A stretch of DNA of 64,000 nt from an uncultured Rhodospirillaceae bacterium (GCA_964476835.1 CAYZCE010000002.1:2532-66531), one strand, 5' to 3'. Positions 1-9,753 are shown, numbered from the stretch's first letter. Notes: generated by a model not told the origin, from the sequence alone. Numbers and translations: made by a program.

Positions 1-247
1 CGACGACGCGTTCGGCAGGCGCAGGCGCGACAGGAGCGGGAACGACAGGCGCCACAGGCGCTGCGACAACGGCAGGCGCAGGCGCGGGCTGCATGCTGAC
101 GGGCGCGGCGCCCGTTTGCAGGCCGCTCGGCGATGCGAGCACCGGCAGCGGCGCGGTTTTCTTTTCAGTCAAAAGACCGTCGGCCAGTGCAGGCGCGGCA
201 AAACCGCTCAACAAGGCAACAGTCAGCAAGCAAGAAGCTATTCTCAT
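1..247 (-). CDS. Secreted Ala/Pro-rich protein, N-terminal part only (gene runs off the left edge)
   Basis: My own translation of the minus strand from ATG 247-245 gives MRIASCLLTVALLSGFAAPALADGLLTEKKTAPLPVLASPSG.... This is a signal peptide followed by an AP-rich region. A GGAGGGG Shine-Dalgarno lies just upstream (complement of 251-257). No stop occurs before the window edge. Confidence 0.45.
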   Translation of the reverse strand, partial: MRIASCLLTVALLSGFAAPALADGLLTEKKTAPLPVLASPSGLQTGAAPVSMQPAPAPAVVAAPVAPVVPAPVAPAPAERVV

Positions 248-298
248 GGACCCCTCCGGAAAATACCTTTTCACTATAAGAGGCCGGAGTCATGCGGA

Positions 299-1252
299 TC
301 AAGGGGAAAGTGCGCGGAAGCCGTCGGCCGCGGTGACGAGCGCATGGACGACGCCCGGCTCGGACGCCGAATGGCCTGCGTCCGGCACTATGATAAACAA
401 TGCCTCCGGCAATGCGCGGGCAAGATCATATGCGGTGACAGGCGGGCAGACGATGTCGTAGCGCCCCTGCACGATGACGGTCGGGATCGCGTGGATCTTC
501 GCGAGATTGGCGAGGATGTAATCGTCCGGCGTGAAGCGGTTGTGCACGAAGTAATGGCACTCCAGCCGCGCGATGGCGTAGTCGTGCGCGGGGTCGGGTT
601 CCTCCAGCGCGGGCGGCTGCGGGACCAGGCGCAGGCAGGCGACTTCATAAGCGCTCCAGCGCTTCGCGGCGGGCATATGCACCGACGGGTCGGGATCGGT
701 CAGCAGGCTATAGTAAGACTTGAGAAGGTCGTCGCGCCCGGCTTCCGGAACGCCGCTGGCAAAAGCCTCCCACGCCTCGGGGAAGATGTTCTTCATGCCG
801 TAGAGGAACCAGTCCAGCTCCCGCTCGCGCATCATGAAGATGCCGCGCAGCGTCAGCGACAATACGCGGTCTGCGTGCGCGATCGCATAGCACAGCGCCA
901 GCGTCGAGCCCCACGATCCGCCGAACACATGCCAGCGCGCGATGCCGAGGTGCGCGCGCAGCTTTTCAAGGTCGGCGACGAGGTCTTGCGTCGTGTTTTC
1001 GCGCAGCTCGCCCAGCGGCGTCGACTTGCCCGCGCCGCGCTGGTCGAAAACGATGATGCGGTAATGCGCGGGATCGAAGAACTGCCGGTGCTTCGGCGTC
1101 GAGCCGCTGCCGGGGCCGCCGTGCAGGAAGACGACCGGCACGCCGAGCTTGTTGCCCGACTCCTCGTAATAAAGCTGGTGAAGGTCGCTGACGCGGAGCA
1201 TGCCCGTGGCATACGGCTCGATCGGCGGATAAAGCGTGCGGATATCGGTCAT
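299..1252 (-). CDS. pip: Prolyl aminopeptidase (proline iminopeptidase), alpha/beta hydrolase
   Basis: 317 aa. The N-terminus YPPIEPY..G.L.V...H.LYYEE.GN..G.PVVFLHGGPG and the nucleophile elbow GGSWGSTLAL are typical of the Pip family. Confidence 0.9.
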   Translation of the reverse strand: MTDIRTLYPPIEPYATGMLRVSDLHQLYYEESGNKLGVPVVFLHGGPGSGSTPKHRQFFDPAHYRIIVFDQRGAGKSTPLGELRENTTQDLVADLEKLRAHLGIARWHVFGGSWGSTLALCYAIAHADRVLSLTLRGIFMMRERELDWFLYGMKNIFPEAWEAFASGVPEAGRDDLLKSYYSLLTDPDPSVHMPAAKRWSAYEVACLRLVPQPPALEEPDPAHDYAIARLECHYFVHNRFTPDDYILANLAKIHAIPTVIVQGRYDIVCPPVTAYDLARALPEALFIIVPDAGHSASEPGVVHALVTAADGFRALSP

Positions 1253-2052
1253 TGTGCGGTCGTGGGCGCGTCAGCTTCGGGCTTGGGCGCCATGGGCTTG
1301 GCGGGGATCGGCATGACCTCGACCTGTCCGGCGTCGGTCAGGGCGATCATCGGGCCGTTCTGCTGTTCCACCCACCCGCGCACGCGCACCACATGGCCCG
1401 TCCACGTCAGCGGGCTGAAGGCGGCGGTGGTCAGGTTGCTCGGCACGTTGATGGTGAAGTCGGTCTTGTAGTCGCGGCCGAAGTTGACGTAGACGAGCGA
1501 CTTTTTTGACGTCGTGAACAGCACCTTGCCTTCGACGATCTGGTAGCTGTTGATGTATTTGTCGACATTGTCGGGCGTCTTGACCGCGTAGTCGGCGTTG
1601 CTCCAGAAGCCTTTCTTGCCAGCGCGCGCCTTTTCTTCCATGCCGCGCAACGTCTCGCCGACGGCGGGCGCGCTTTCGGACACGTCGAACCACGCCACGC
1701 CCTTGAGGATCATGCCGCCTTCGACCCAGAAGCCGTCGTCGCGCATGATCTGCGCCTGCGGCACACCGTAGCGGTCGACCGGCGGGCCGGAAACGGCGGG
1801 GCTATAGATATTGACCTTGCGGTTGAGCAAAGCGGCCTTGAGCATGTCGAGCGCGGCTTGCGCGTAATCCGGCGGCACACGGATCGCGTCGATACGGTAG
1901 CGCTTGTCGTTGTCGAGCAAGATCAGGTCGGGCTTGAGGATTTCCTTGACGACGCCGCCGTCGATGCGGGTCATGTCGGGCTTTCCCTCGGCTGCGTGCG
2001 CGGATGCCGACAGGCAGGCAAGGGCGATCAGGCTGAAAAACAGTCGTTTCAT
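1249..2052 (-). CDS. Secreted thermonuclease (SNase-like) family protein
   Basis: The ORF is 1249..2088. I prefer the start at M13 (CAT at 2050-2052), which yields the signal peptide MKRLFFSLIALACLSASAHA. Length and pattern fit a staphylococcal-nuclease-like OB fold. The stop overlaps the pip start (ATGA at 1249-1252). Confidence 0.65.
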   Translation of the reverse strand: MKRLFFSLIALACLSASAHAAEGKPDMTRIDGGVVKEILKPDLILLDNDKRYRIDAIRVPPDYAQAALDMLKAALLNRKVNIYSPAVSGPPVDRYGVPQAQIMRDDGFWVEGGMILKGVAWFDVSESAPAVGETLRGMEEKARAGKKGFWSNADYAVKTPDNVDKYINSYQIVEGKVLFTTSKKSLVYVNFGRDYKTDFTINVPSNLTTAAFSPLTWTGHVVRVRGWVEQQNGPMIALTDAGQVEVMPIPAKPMAPKPEADAPTTAQ

Positions 2053-2077
2053 GCCGTCATTTATCGCAGTTTTTCGC

Positions 2078-2887
2078 TTAGGCGGCAAGCAGCTCGATCA
2101 TGTCGCCCTGGCCGGACATTTCGGCGCAGAGCACGCGGTCGTCGTCGAGCGTGATGGTGGCCGGGCCGACGCGGACGCCCCGGCGCTCCGGGTCGAAGCC
2201 GCGCACGACCAGCTTGAACGGGTGATAGGCCGCCGAAATCTGGCTGAACTGGCGCGACGCCCACCAGAAATTGTCGCCCTGCGCGGTCAGCGGCAGCAGC
2301 GGATCGAGGCCGGCGTGCACGAAAAGCACGTTGTTGTCATTGCTGCTGCGGTGTTCGGTAAAGGCCGCGCGGCGCATGACGGAGAACAGCTTGTCGTGGC
2401 CGGGATGCTTGCGGATCTCGGCCTTGAGGTTGCTCGTCCAGCGCGTGAGCGAGATGATACCCTCGCGCGCGATGCGGCGGCCTTCGGTCAGCGAGCTGCC
2501 GTAGCTGGCGAGCGTTTTTTCCATATCGGGATACTTGGTCGCCATCCACTCGATCAGCTGCACCGGGCTCGGCTGGTACTGCAGGTGGAGCAGCTTGTTC
2601 CACAGTTCTTCCTGGATGCCGCGCAGGTAGGCGAAGTCGCCCGCCATCATGCCCGGGCGCGCCAGCAGCGTGCGGCGGAAATAGAGGATTTCGTCGATCG
2701 TCTCCGCCGTGCGCGCATCGGGGCCGCACAGGTAGTTGCCGGTATAGACGAGGCGGTCGCCGGGGGCGACTTTCTCGAACAGCTGGCGGTGCATGTCGGT
2801 CAGGCGGACGAGATCGCCGTTGACGGCGGAGACCACCCAGATCTTGTTCGGCTGCCCGAGATTGGAAAATTTGCTATCGAAAGACAT
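2078..2887 (-). CDS. PPP-family (lambda phosphatase/ApaH-like) metallophosphoesterase homologue with degenerate metal-binding motifs
   Basis: 269 aa. IWVVSAVNGDL, LVYTGNYLCGP, YLRGIQEE and FVHAG align with the canonical GDxHG, GDxVDRG, GNHE and HGG motifs. Most metal ligands are substituted. Confidence 0.7.
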   Translation of the reverse strand: MSFDSKFSNLGQPNKIWVVSAVNGDLVRLTDMHRQLFEKVAPGDRLVYTGNYLCGPDARTAETIDEILYFRRTLLARPGMMAGDFAYLRGIQEELWNKLLHLQYQPSPVQLIEWMATKYPDMEKTLASYGSSLTEGRRIAREGIISLTRWTSNLKAEIRKHPGHDKLFSVMRRAAFTEHRSSNDNNVLFVHAGLDPLLPLTAQGDNFWWASRQFSQISAAYHPFKLVVRGFDPERRGVRVGPATITLDDDRVLCAEMSGQGDMIELLAA

Positions 2888-3002
2888 GAACGCGAAGGTA
2901 CGCCTTTTCCCGCTGAAATGAAAGCGCTTTTTACGTCTGGCAATCGGGTGAGTCCTCTTTTAATATCGACGTCAGGTTTTTCAAGAATATAAAGGCCACG
3001 CC

Positions 3003-4526
3003 ATGACCGACAAAGTCCTGATCTTCGACACCACGCTGCGCGACGGCGAGCAATCGCCCGGCTACTCGATGGACCTCGCGGGCAAGCTGCGCATGGCCGA
3101 GATGCTGGACGCGATGGGCGTCGACATCATCGAGGCCGGCTTCCCCGCCGCCTCGAAGGGCGATTTTGAATCCGTGCACGAAGTCGCGAAACAAACGAAA
3201 AACGCCACCGTCGCCGGCCTCTGCCGCGCGGTGCACAAGGACATCGACGCGGTGATCGAGGCGATCAAGCCCGCGAAGAAGCGCCGCATCCACACCTTCA
3301 TCTCCACCAGCCCGCTGCACATGAAGCACAAGCTGCAGATGGAGCCGGAGCGCGTGCTCGAAATGATCGCCGACAGCGTCGCCTACGCCCGCAACGCCTG
3401 CGACGACGTCGAGTGGTCGGCCGAAGACGCCACGCGCACCGAGCATGACTTCCTCTGCCGCGCCGTCGAGGCCGCGATCAAGGCCGGCGCCACCACCGTC
3501 AACATCCCCGACACCGTCGGCTACACGGTGCCCGAGGAATATTTCGCGCTCATCAAGATGCTGAAGGAACGCGTGCCGAACATCGGCAAGGCCGTCATCT
3601 CCGCGCATTGCCACAACGACCTCGGCCTCGCAGTCGCCAACTCGATCGCCGCCGTGCGCGCGGGCGCGCGCCAGGTGGAATGCACCATCAACGGCATCGG
3701 CGAGCGCGCGGGCAATGCCTCGCTGGAAGAGCTCGTCATGGCCTTCCGCACCCGCCCCGATGCCCTGCCCTTCACCACGGGCATCGAGCCGAAGAAGATC
3801 ATGGCCGCCTCCCAGCTGCTTAGCGAGATCACCGGCTTCGCGGTGCAACCCAACAAGGCCATTGTCGGCGCCAACGCCTTCGCGCACGAAAGCGGCATCC
3901 ACCAGGACGGCATGCTCAAGAACGCCCAGACGTATGAAATCATGACGCCGGAATCCGTCGGCCGCAGCCACTCCGAACTCGTGCTCGGCAAGCACTCGGG
4001 CCGCAATGCGCTGCGCAACAAGCTGGTCGTGCTCGGCGTTGACCTAACCGAAGACGCGCTCAACGCCGCCTTTGCCCGCTTCAAGGATCTCGCCGACCGC
4101 AAGAAGAAGATCAGCGACGACGACCTGCTCGCCATCTCCGGCACGCGCAACGACATCGCGGTGGAACGCGTGCGCTTCCTCTCGCTCTCCGTGCGCTCCG
4201 GCTCGACCGGGCCGCAAGAGGCGGAGCTGGAGCTGGAAATCGACGGCGAGAAGAAAAAGGCCAAGGTCGCGGGCAAGGGCCCGGTCGACGCCTGCTTCAA
4301 GGCGATGCGCGCCCTCGTCCCGCACGACGACGCCACCTTGTTCAATTACGACCTGCACGCGCTGACGCAAGGCTCCGACGCCAAGGGCGAGGTCAACGTG
4401 ACCCTCTCCGCGCGCGGCACGGCCTTCCACGGCACCGGCGTGGACAGCGACGTGATCGTCGCCTCCTGCCGTTCCTACGTGGACGCGCTCAACAAGTTCC
4501 TCGCGGCCTACAGTGTTCGGCATTAA
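3003..4526 (+). CDS. leuA: 2-isopropylmalate synthase
   Basis: 507 aa. It has the N-terminal IFDTTLRDGEQSPG motif, a HMGL-like TIM barrel (HCHNDLGLAVANS) and a C-terminal LeuA dimerisation/regulatory domain. Confidence 0.95.
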   Translation: MTDKVLIFDTTLRDGEQSPGYSMDLAGKLRMAEMLDAMGVDIIEAGFPAASKGDFESVHEVAKQTKNATVAGLCRAVHKDIDAVIEAIKPAKKRRIHTFISTSPLHMKHKLQMEPERVLEMIADSVAYARNACDDVEWSAEDATRTEHDFLCRAVEAAIKAGATTVNIPDTVGYTVPEEYFALIKMLKERVPNIGKAVISAHCHNDLGLAVANSIAAVRAGARQVECTINGIGERAGNASLEELVMAFRTRPDALPFTTGIEPKKIMAASQLLSEITGFAVQPNKAIVGANAFAHESGIHQDGMLKNAQTYEIMTPESVGRSHSELVLGKHSGRNALRNKLVVLGVDLTEDALNAAFARFKDLADRKKKISDDDLLAISGTRNDIAVERVRFLSLSVRSGSTGPQEAELELEIDGEKKKAKVAGKGPVDACFKAMRALVPHDDATLFNYDLHALTQGSDAKGEVNVTLSARGTAFHGTGVDSDVIVASCRSYVDALNKFLAAYSVRH

Positions 4527-5217
4527 GCCCAGAAAGCCCCGCACCCCGCCGCCCGCCGAGATCGGGGGCATTCGCGTGCGGGAAAGCCGGCGTGCGCGCC
4601 GCCTCTCGTTGCGCGTCGACGCGCGCGCGGGCGATGTCGTGCTGACATGGCCGGCGAACGCCACCGAAAAATCCGCACTGCGCTTCATCGCCGAAAACCA
4701 AGAGTGGATCGACACCCAACGCGCCCGCCTGCCCGCGGCGCAGCGTTTCGCCGCCGGCGAACAAGTCATGATCTACGGCGAGACCTTCACCATCGTCCAC
4801 GCGAAGGGCCGCGGCGTCACGCGTCTCGACGGCGCGAACCTGATCGTGCATGGCCAGCCCGAACACCTCGCCCGCCGCGTGCGCGACTTCTTGAAGGAAA
4901 CCGCGCGCCAAGTGCTGGAAGACAAGACGGCGGAAAAGCTCGAGCAGATCGGCAAGCCGCCCTCCGACATCCGCGTCATCGACCCCAAGACCCGTTGGGG
5001 CAGCTGCGGCCCCGACGGGCGCATGATGTTCTCGTGGCGGCTGATCCTGACGCCGCGCCACGTGCTCGACTACGTCGTCGCGCATGAAGTCGCGCATGTC
5101 GTGCACCTCAACCATGGCCGCCGCTTCTGGGCGTTGTGCGCCGAACTCGCCGAAGACGCTGTCGGCGGAAAGCGCTGGCTGCGCCGCCACGGCCAGGAAG
5201 TGATGGCGTACCAATGA
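4513..5217 (+). CDS. YgjP/DUF45-type zinc metallohydrolase (M48-like)
   Basis: 234 aa. It has the typical RRARRLSLRV...G.V.L..P N-terminus and an HEVAHVVHLNH (HExxH) motif. It overlaps the leuA 3' end by 14 nt. Confidence 0.8.
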   Translation: MFGIKPRKPRTPPPAEIGGIRVRESRRARRLSLRVDARAGDVVLTWPANATEKSALRFIAENQEWIDTQRARLPAAQRFAAGEQVMIYGETFTIVHAKGRGVTRLDGANLIVHGQPEHLARRVRDFLKETARQVLEDKTAEKLEQIGKPPSDIRVIDPKTRWGSCGPDGRMMFSWRLILTPRHVLDYVVAHEVAHVVHLNHGRRFWALCAELAEDAVGGKRWLRRHGQEVMAYQ

Positions 5218-6041
5218 ACATCGTCCGCAAGAATTTGACCGCACCCCAAGTCGCCCAATGGCTGAAAGACCTGCGCGCGCATCCTTACGTGCCGGAATCC
5301 GGCTTCCTCGTCAGCGCGGTCATGCGCAGCGGCGATTTCTATTTCGGCGGCGTCAACGTGGAAAACAAAGACCACCGCCTCAGCACCCATGCCGAGGAAG
5401 CCTGCCTCGCTGCCCTCGCCGTCACGCTCGGCAAACGCGCGCGGGTCGACGAGATCTGGGTGATGGGCGCGACCTGCTGCGGAAAATGCCGGCAGCAGAT
5501 ATCCGGCTTCGCGCACGCGGATGTGCGCGTGCATTACCTCAACGAAGACGGATCGCCGATGTCGGACACCACCGTCGGCGGCTTCCTGCCCGGCACCTTC
5601 ACCCTTTCGCGCTTCGCCGCGGAAAAGACAGGCGCGCGCGCCGTCACCGTCGATGCGATCAAGCCCGGCCCGCTGACGACCGCCGCCATCTTCGACTGGC
5701 TGCACCAAGTCGAGTCCGTCGACTTTTTCAGCAACGTACCGCAAGCCGCCGTGCTGCGCCTCGACAACGGACATTACATCGCCGGCAGCAAGATCGAGGA
5801 CGAGGCCTTCCTCAGCATGACCGCGCTGCAATCCGCGCAGGCGATCGCCGTCACCGCATTCGGCCCCGCGATCCGCGTGGAAGAAGCATGGGTGCTGACC
5901 TCCGCCACGCTGCCGCTCTCCGCCCTGCAAGTCCTCATGCAGCTGGCGCTCAGGCCTGGCCTGCCGGTGCATTTCTTCGCTGCCGATGGCACCGTCCGCA
6001 CCCTCGCGCTCCCCGATGCCGCGCGCGCCTGCGCGCAATGA
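5214..6041 (+). CDS. cdd: Cytidine deaminase, two-domain (E. coli Cdd-like) type
   Basis: The zinc motifs HAEE and CCGKCRQ (canonically PCGxCRQ) are present. Length fits the dimeric two-domain form. The start at MNIVRK (ATG 5214) overlaps the upstream stop as ATGA. The Arg-rich 5' extension of ORF 5136.. was discarded. Confidence 0.8.
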   Translation: MNIVRKNLTAPQVAQWLKDLRAHPYVPESGFLVSAVMRSGDFYFGGVNVENKDHRLSTHAEEACLAALAVTLGKRARVDEIWVMGATCCGKCRQQISGFAHADVRVHYLNEDGSPMSDTTVGGFLPGTFTLSRFAAEKTGARAVTVDAIKPGPLTTAAIFDWLHQVESVDFFSNVPQAAVLRLDNGHYIAGSKIEDEAFLSMTALQSAQAIAVTAFGPAIRVEEAWVLTSATLPLSALQVLMQLALRPGLPVHFFAADGTVRTLALPDAARACAQ

Positions 6042-8335
6042 CGAAGTTCCTGCTGACAATCCTCTTTGCCGTCTTGTGGCTCGCAACCCTTGCGAGCGCA
6101 TCGGCGCATATGAGCCTGTCGCCGCCGGTATCCAATTCTTTATATGGCCCCGTTGCCTGGCAGGTGAAGAGCCGCAGCATCTCCCCGCCCCTGTTCCTGC
6201 TGCATGGGCAGGCCGCCGGGCAAAGCGTCACCGTCAAAACCAACGCGCTCGACTGGGCGCTGGCGTCTACACGGCAGACTCGCCTTTATGCCGACAACCG
6301 CACTTTCCTGACCGACAGCGACGTCGCGCGCGACCGCGGCATGACGCTATCCATCGGCCCGATGCGCTTCGACGCGGCCTTCCCGTTCTGGGCATTACTC
6401 ACCGTACTGCTGCCGTTCTTCTTCCGCAACGGGGTCGCCCATGCCGCGCCGCGCGTGGAGAGCCCTTCCGCGCGCTGGCAGCGCGACGAGGCCTTCCGCC
6501 AGAACGTGCGCGACCTTGAAATCGACTACGCGGGCAGGCCGCACGACCTGCGACGCCGCACCGTGCTGCTCGCGGCGCTCGGCTATGGCGTGATCCTGCT
6601 GGTCGCAGGCACCTTCATCACGCTTGCCGCGACTGTCGCGCACATCGCCGTCATGCTGACGCAGCATGAGACGGCGGCGCTGGCGGGGCTGGTGCCGCTG
6701 TGGTTTGCCGTCCAACTGCTGCGTCCGCTCAACCTCAAGCGCGGCGGGGATTCCGGCGTGCGCCTGATGCCCGCCGATGCACCAAGGCTGTTCAAGCTGC
6801 TCGGCCACGTGCGAAAGAAGGGACGCGGGCCCGCGTTCGCACGCGTCTTTATCAACATGGACCTCAACGCCAGCGTCTCGCGCCATACCGGCTGGCGCGG
6901 CTTCTTCGGCTTCGGCCCCGTCACGCTGACGCTCGGCCTGCCGCTGATGCAGGCGCTCAGCGAGGCGCAGCTGGCCGCCGTCATCGGCCACGAATACGGC
7001 CACGTCGCGGCGGAAGACAATGCGCTCGGCCAGTGGATCTACCGCATCCGCCACAGCTGGCTCGACCTCGAGAAGAGCCTGAAAAACGAGACGCTCTGGC
7101 ACGTGCTGCGGCTCGACCGTTTTTATGCATGGTTCATCGGCGTCTTCAATGCCTATAGCTTCACCCTCTCGCGCGCCTGTGAGTTCGAGGCCGACGCCTT
7201 CGCCGCCCGCGTCGTCAGCGCGCGCCACATCGCGGGCGCATTGACGGCGATGGAAGCGGTAGCCCTGCGCCTGCACGATGAATTCTGGGCGCCCATCTGG
7301 CGGCAGGCCGATACATCGCCGCTGCCGGCCGGCGCGCCCTATCAGGAGATGCCCGGCTTCTTCCGCCGCGCACCCGCGCGCGACCCGCTGCCGCAACTCA
7401 AGCGCCGCAAGACGGCCTCGGGCAGCACGCACCCCGCGCTGGCCGACCGCGCGGCGGCGCTGAAGGAAGAACTCTTCCCGCCTCAACCGGTCACCGCTTC
7501 GAGCGCAACCAAGACGCTGGGTCCCGCGCTGGAGTCGCACCTCGCCGCCCTGTTCGACCGCGTCTGGCGCGAGCATAGCCGCAAGGAATGGGCGGCGCGC
7601 CACCGCCAGCGGCAGGATGCGGCGGCGGTGCTGGCGACGCTCGGCGCGCATAAGCCGCCGCTGCTCGCGGATGGCGAACTCTTCACGCTGATCGACGCTG
7701 CCTTATTGATGAAGGACGAAACCAAGGCGATGGCCGCCTGCGAGGCGCTGATCAAGCGCGCGCCCGACAATGCCTCGGCACGCGCGTTGTTTTTTGGTTT
7801 GCGCCTGACGCACGACCGCGACGAGACGGCACTGCATGAACTCGACGACCTCGTGCGCGTGCACCCGTCAGTATTGCCGACCGCCAGCCGCTTCGCCGCG
7901 CAATATCTCGAGAGCGAAGACCGTCCTGCGGAAGCCGAAGTCTACCGCTTCCGCCTTGAGGACTGGAGCTACCGCCAGAAAGCCGCCGACGAGGAACGCC
8001 GCGCCGTCTACCCGGGTGACCGCTTCGCGCCGCACCATTTGAAGACGGAGTACCTGCGCCAACTGATCCTGATCTTGAAGCAGGAGCCGGACGTTGCCGC
8101 CGCATGGGTTGCGCGCAAGGATGTCACGTATATGCCGGAACAGCCGCACTTCGTGATCGGCCTGCAACCGGTCCTGTGGCCGACGCAGGACCGCCGCCGC
8201 ACGCGCCGCAAGCTGATGCGCGCACTCGATGCCGCGCACCTGCCCTCCGTCTTCCGTTTCTTCTGGCTGGACGAAACGCACGGTCTCGCCCGCAAACTCA
8301 AGCGGATCGACGGCGCGAAGTTCTACACGAAATAA
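6038..8335 (+). CDS. Membrane-associated M48-family zinc peptidase with a long C-terminal helical/TPR-like region
   Basis: The start at MTKFLLTILFAVLWLATLASASA (ATG 6038) overlaps the cdd stop as ATGA. It has several TM segments and an HEYGHVAAED HExxH motif. The 260-codon Arg-rich extension of ORF 5258.. was rejected. Confidence 0.75.
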   Translation: MTKFLLTILFAVLWLATLASASAHMSLSPPVSNSLYGPVAWQVKSRSISPPLFLLHGQAAGQSVTVKTNALDWALASTRQTRLYADNRTFLTDSDVARDRGMTLSIGPMRFDAAFPFWALLTVLLPFFFRNGVAHAAPRVESPSARWQRDEAFRQNVRDLEIDYAGRPHDLRRRTVLLAALGYGVILLVAGTFITLAATVAHIAVMLTQHETAALAGLVPLWFAVQLLRPLNLKRGGDSGVRLMPADAPRLFKLLGHVRKKGRGPAFARVFINMDLNASVSRHTGWRGFFGFGPVTLTLGLPLMQALSEAQLAAVIGHEYGHVAAEDNALGQWIYRIRHSWLDLEKSLKNETLWHVLRLDRFYAWFIGVFNAYSFTLSRACEFEADAFAARVVSARHIAGALTAMEAVALRLHDEFWAPIWRQADTSPLPAGAPYQEMPGFFRRAPARDPLPQLKRRKTASGSTHPALADRAAALKEELFPPQPVTASSATKTLGPALESHLAALFDRVWREHSRKEWAARHRQRQDAAAVLATLGAHKPPLLADGELFTLIDAALLMKDETKAMAACEALIKRAPDNASARALFFGLRLTHDRDETALHELDDLVRVHPSVLPTASRFAAQYLESEDRPAEAEVYRFRLEDWSYRQKAADEERRAVYPGDRFAPHHLKTEYLRQLILILKQEPDVAAAWVARKDVTYMPEQPHFVIGLQPVLWPTQDRRRTRRKLMRALDAAHLPSVFRFFWLDETHGLARKLKRIDGAKFYTK

Positions 8336-8339
8336 TTAT

Positions 8340-9422
8340 TTAGTCGCCGAGGCAGATGCCCAGCGCGCGCGCCGTATGCACCATCGGGCCTTGCAGGTCG
8401 ACGGCCTGGTAGCTGGCGATGGCATCGGCGATCGGCACGTCGATCACGGCGCGGTTCGACCAGGCGACCATGCGGTCGAACTTGCCTTCCGCCACCAGCT
8501 CCACCGCATGCACGCCAAAAGCGGCGGCCAGCAGGCGGTCCGAGGCGCTTGGCGCGCAGCCGCGCTGCACGTGGCCGAGCACGGTCACGCGCGTTTCAAA
8601 CCCGGTCTTGTCGGAAATGCGCTCGCCGAGGTAATGGCCAATGCCGCCATAGCGCTTTTCGCCGCCGTGGTGCTCGACCTTGAGTTCATCGCCGTCCGAG
8701 GTGCGCACGGCTTCGGAGACGACGACGAGGGCGAAGTTGCGGCCTTCTTGCTCGCGCACGGAGATGATCTTTTCCGCGACCTTGTCGATGCTGTAGGGAA
8801 TTTCGGGGATCAGGATGACGTCGGCGCCGCCTGCGATGCCTGCCGCCATCGCGATATGGCCGGCGTCGCGGCCCATGACTTCGAGCACCATGACGCGGTC
8901 GTGGCTGGCCGCCGTCGGCTGCAGGCGGTCGAGCGCCTCGGTCGCGACCGCGCAGGCGGTCTCGAAGCCGATCGAGCTTTCGGTCTTGCCGACGTCATTG
9001 TCGATGGTCTTGGGAATACCGACGAGGTTGAACTTGCCGCGCGCGGCGAGCGTGCGCAAAATCTCCATGCTGCCGTCGCCACCGATGCCGATGAGTGCGT
9101 CGACGTTGAGCTGGCGCAAGCCCTCGAGGATGTCGTCCGACAAATCCTTGAAGCTGCCGTCGGCCATCGGGAAGCGGAAGGGGTTGCCCTTGTTGGTGGT
9201 GCCGAGGATGGTGCCGCCGAGGCGCATGATGGTGGTGTCGAACATCTCGCGCGTCAGCAGCTTGGCGCGCACGGGACGCGAGAGCAGGCCGGAGGTGCCG
9301 TCCTCGATGCCGAAGACGTCCCAGCCCTTGGCTGCCGCTGCGTAGACGACCGCGCGAATCGCGGCGTTGAGCCCGGCGCAGTCGCCGCCGCTGGTGAGAA
9401 TGCCGATCCGTTTCTTGCCCAT
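8340..9422 (-). CDS. pfk: 6-phosphofructokinase
   Basis: IGILTSGGDCAGLNAAIRAVV, IGGDGS, PKTIDND and MGRDAGHIA motifs are present. The start was taken at MGKKRIG (CAT 9420-9422). Confidence 0.9.
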   Translation of the reverse strand: MGKKRIGILTSGGDCAGLNAAIRAVVYAAAAKGWDVFGIEDGTSGLLSRPVRAKLLTREMFDTTIMRLGGTILGTTNKGNPFRFPMADGSFKDLSDDILEGLRQLNVDALIGIGGDGSMEILRTLAARGKFNLVGIPKTIDNDVGKTESSIGFETACAVATEALDRLQPTAASHDRVMVLEVMGRDAGHIAMAAGIAGGADVILIPEIPYSIDKVAEKIISVREQEGRNFALVVVSEAVRTSDGDELKVEHHGGEKRYGGIGHYLGERISDKTGFETRVTVLGHVQRGCAPSASDRLLAAAFGVHAVELVAEGKFDRMVAWSNRAVIDVPIADAIASYQAVDLQGPMVHTARALGICLGD

Positions 9423-9546
9423 ATTTACCTGCCTTTTCTCCAAAAATGCGTGAACGGCAGGCGGATTGCAACAAAAAGCTTAAAAACCAGCGGGTTTCCT
9501 GATAAGATGGCCGCCGGCACTGCCCCCTCAAGGATTTTTCACCGCC

Positions 9547-9753
9547 ATGATGCTCGAAGAACGGGAAGAACTGCAACGAAAGCTCGAGGCGCTCAAGACC
9601 GAGCACCACGACCTCGACGTTGTGATTCAGCAATTGGCGGACAGCGTCCCCGTCGACTTCCTGCGCCTGCAGCGCCTCAAGAAACGCAAGCTGTTCCTTA
9701 AGGACTCGATCGCCAAGCTTGAGAGCATGCTGCTCCCCGACATTATCGCTTAA
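9547..9753 (+). CDS. DUF465 (YdcH-like) small coiled-coil protein
   Basis: 68 aa. It shows the pattern L..L..EH.DLD..I......P.D.L.LQRLKKRKL.LKD.I..LE, typical of DUF465. Confidence 0.8.
   Translation: MMLEEREELQRKLEALKTEHHDLDVVIQQLADSVPVDFLRLQRLKKRKLFLKDSIAKLESMLLPDIIA

Noticed and set aside
2888-3002. Possible leucine leader peptide or attenuator upstream of leuA.
   Set aside because: There is no small ORF with consecutive Leu codons and no alternative hairpin pair in the 115-nt leader.
5258-6037. Long 5' extensions of real genes in the ORF track: 5258.. for the M48 peptidase, 5136.. for cdd, 25376.. for ispE, 51224.. for metH, 9750..10631 for hdaA and 14355..14852 for ndk.
   Set aside because: The extensions are Arg/Pro-rich, overlap the preceding gene, and are not part of the conserved family N-termini. 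Internal starts give canonical N-termini and ATGA/GTGA coupling.
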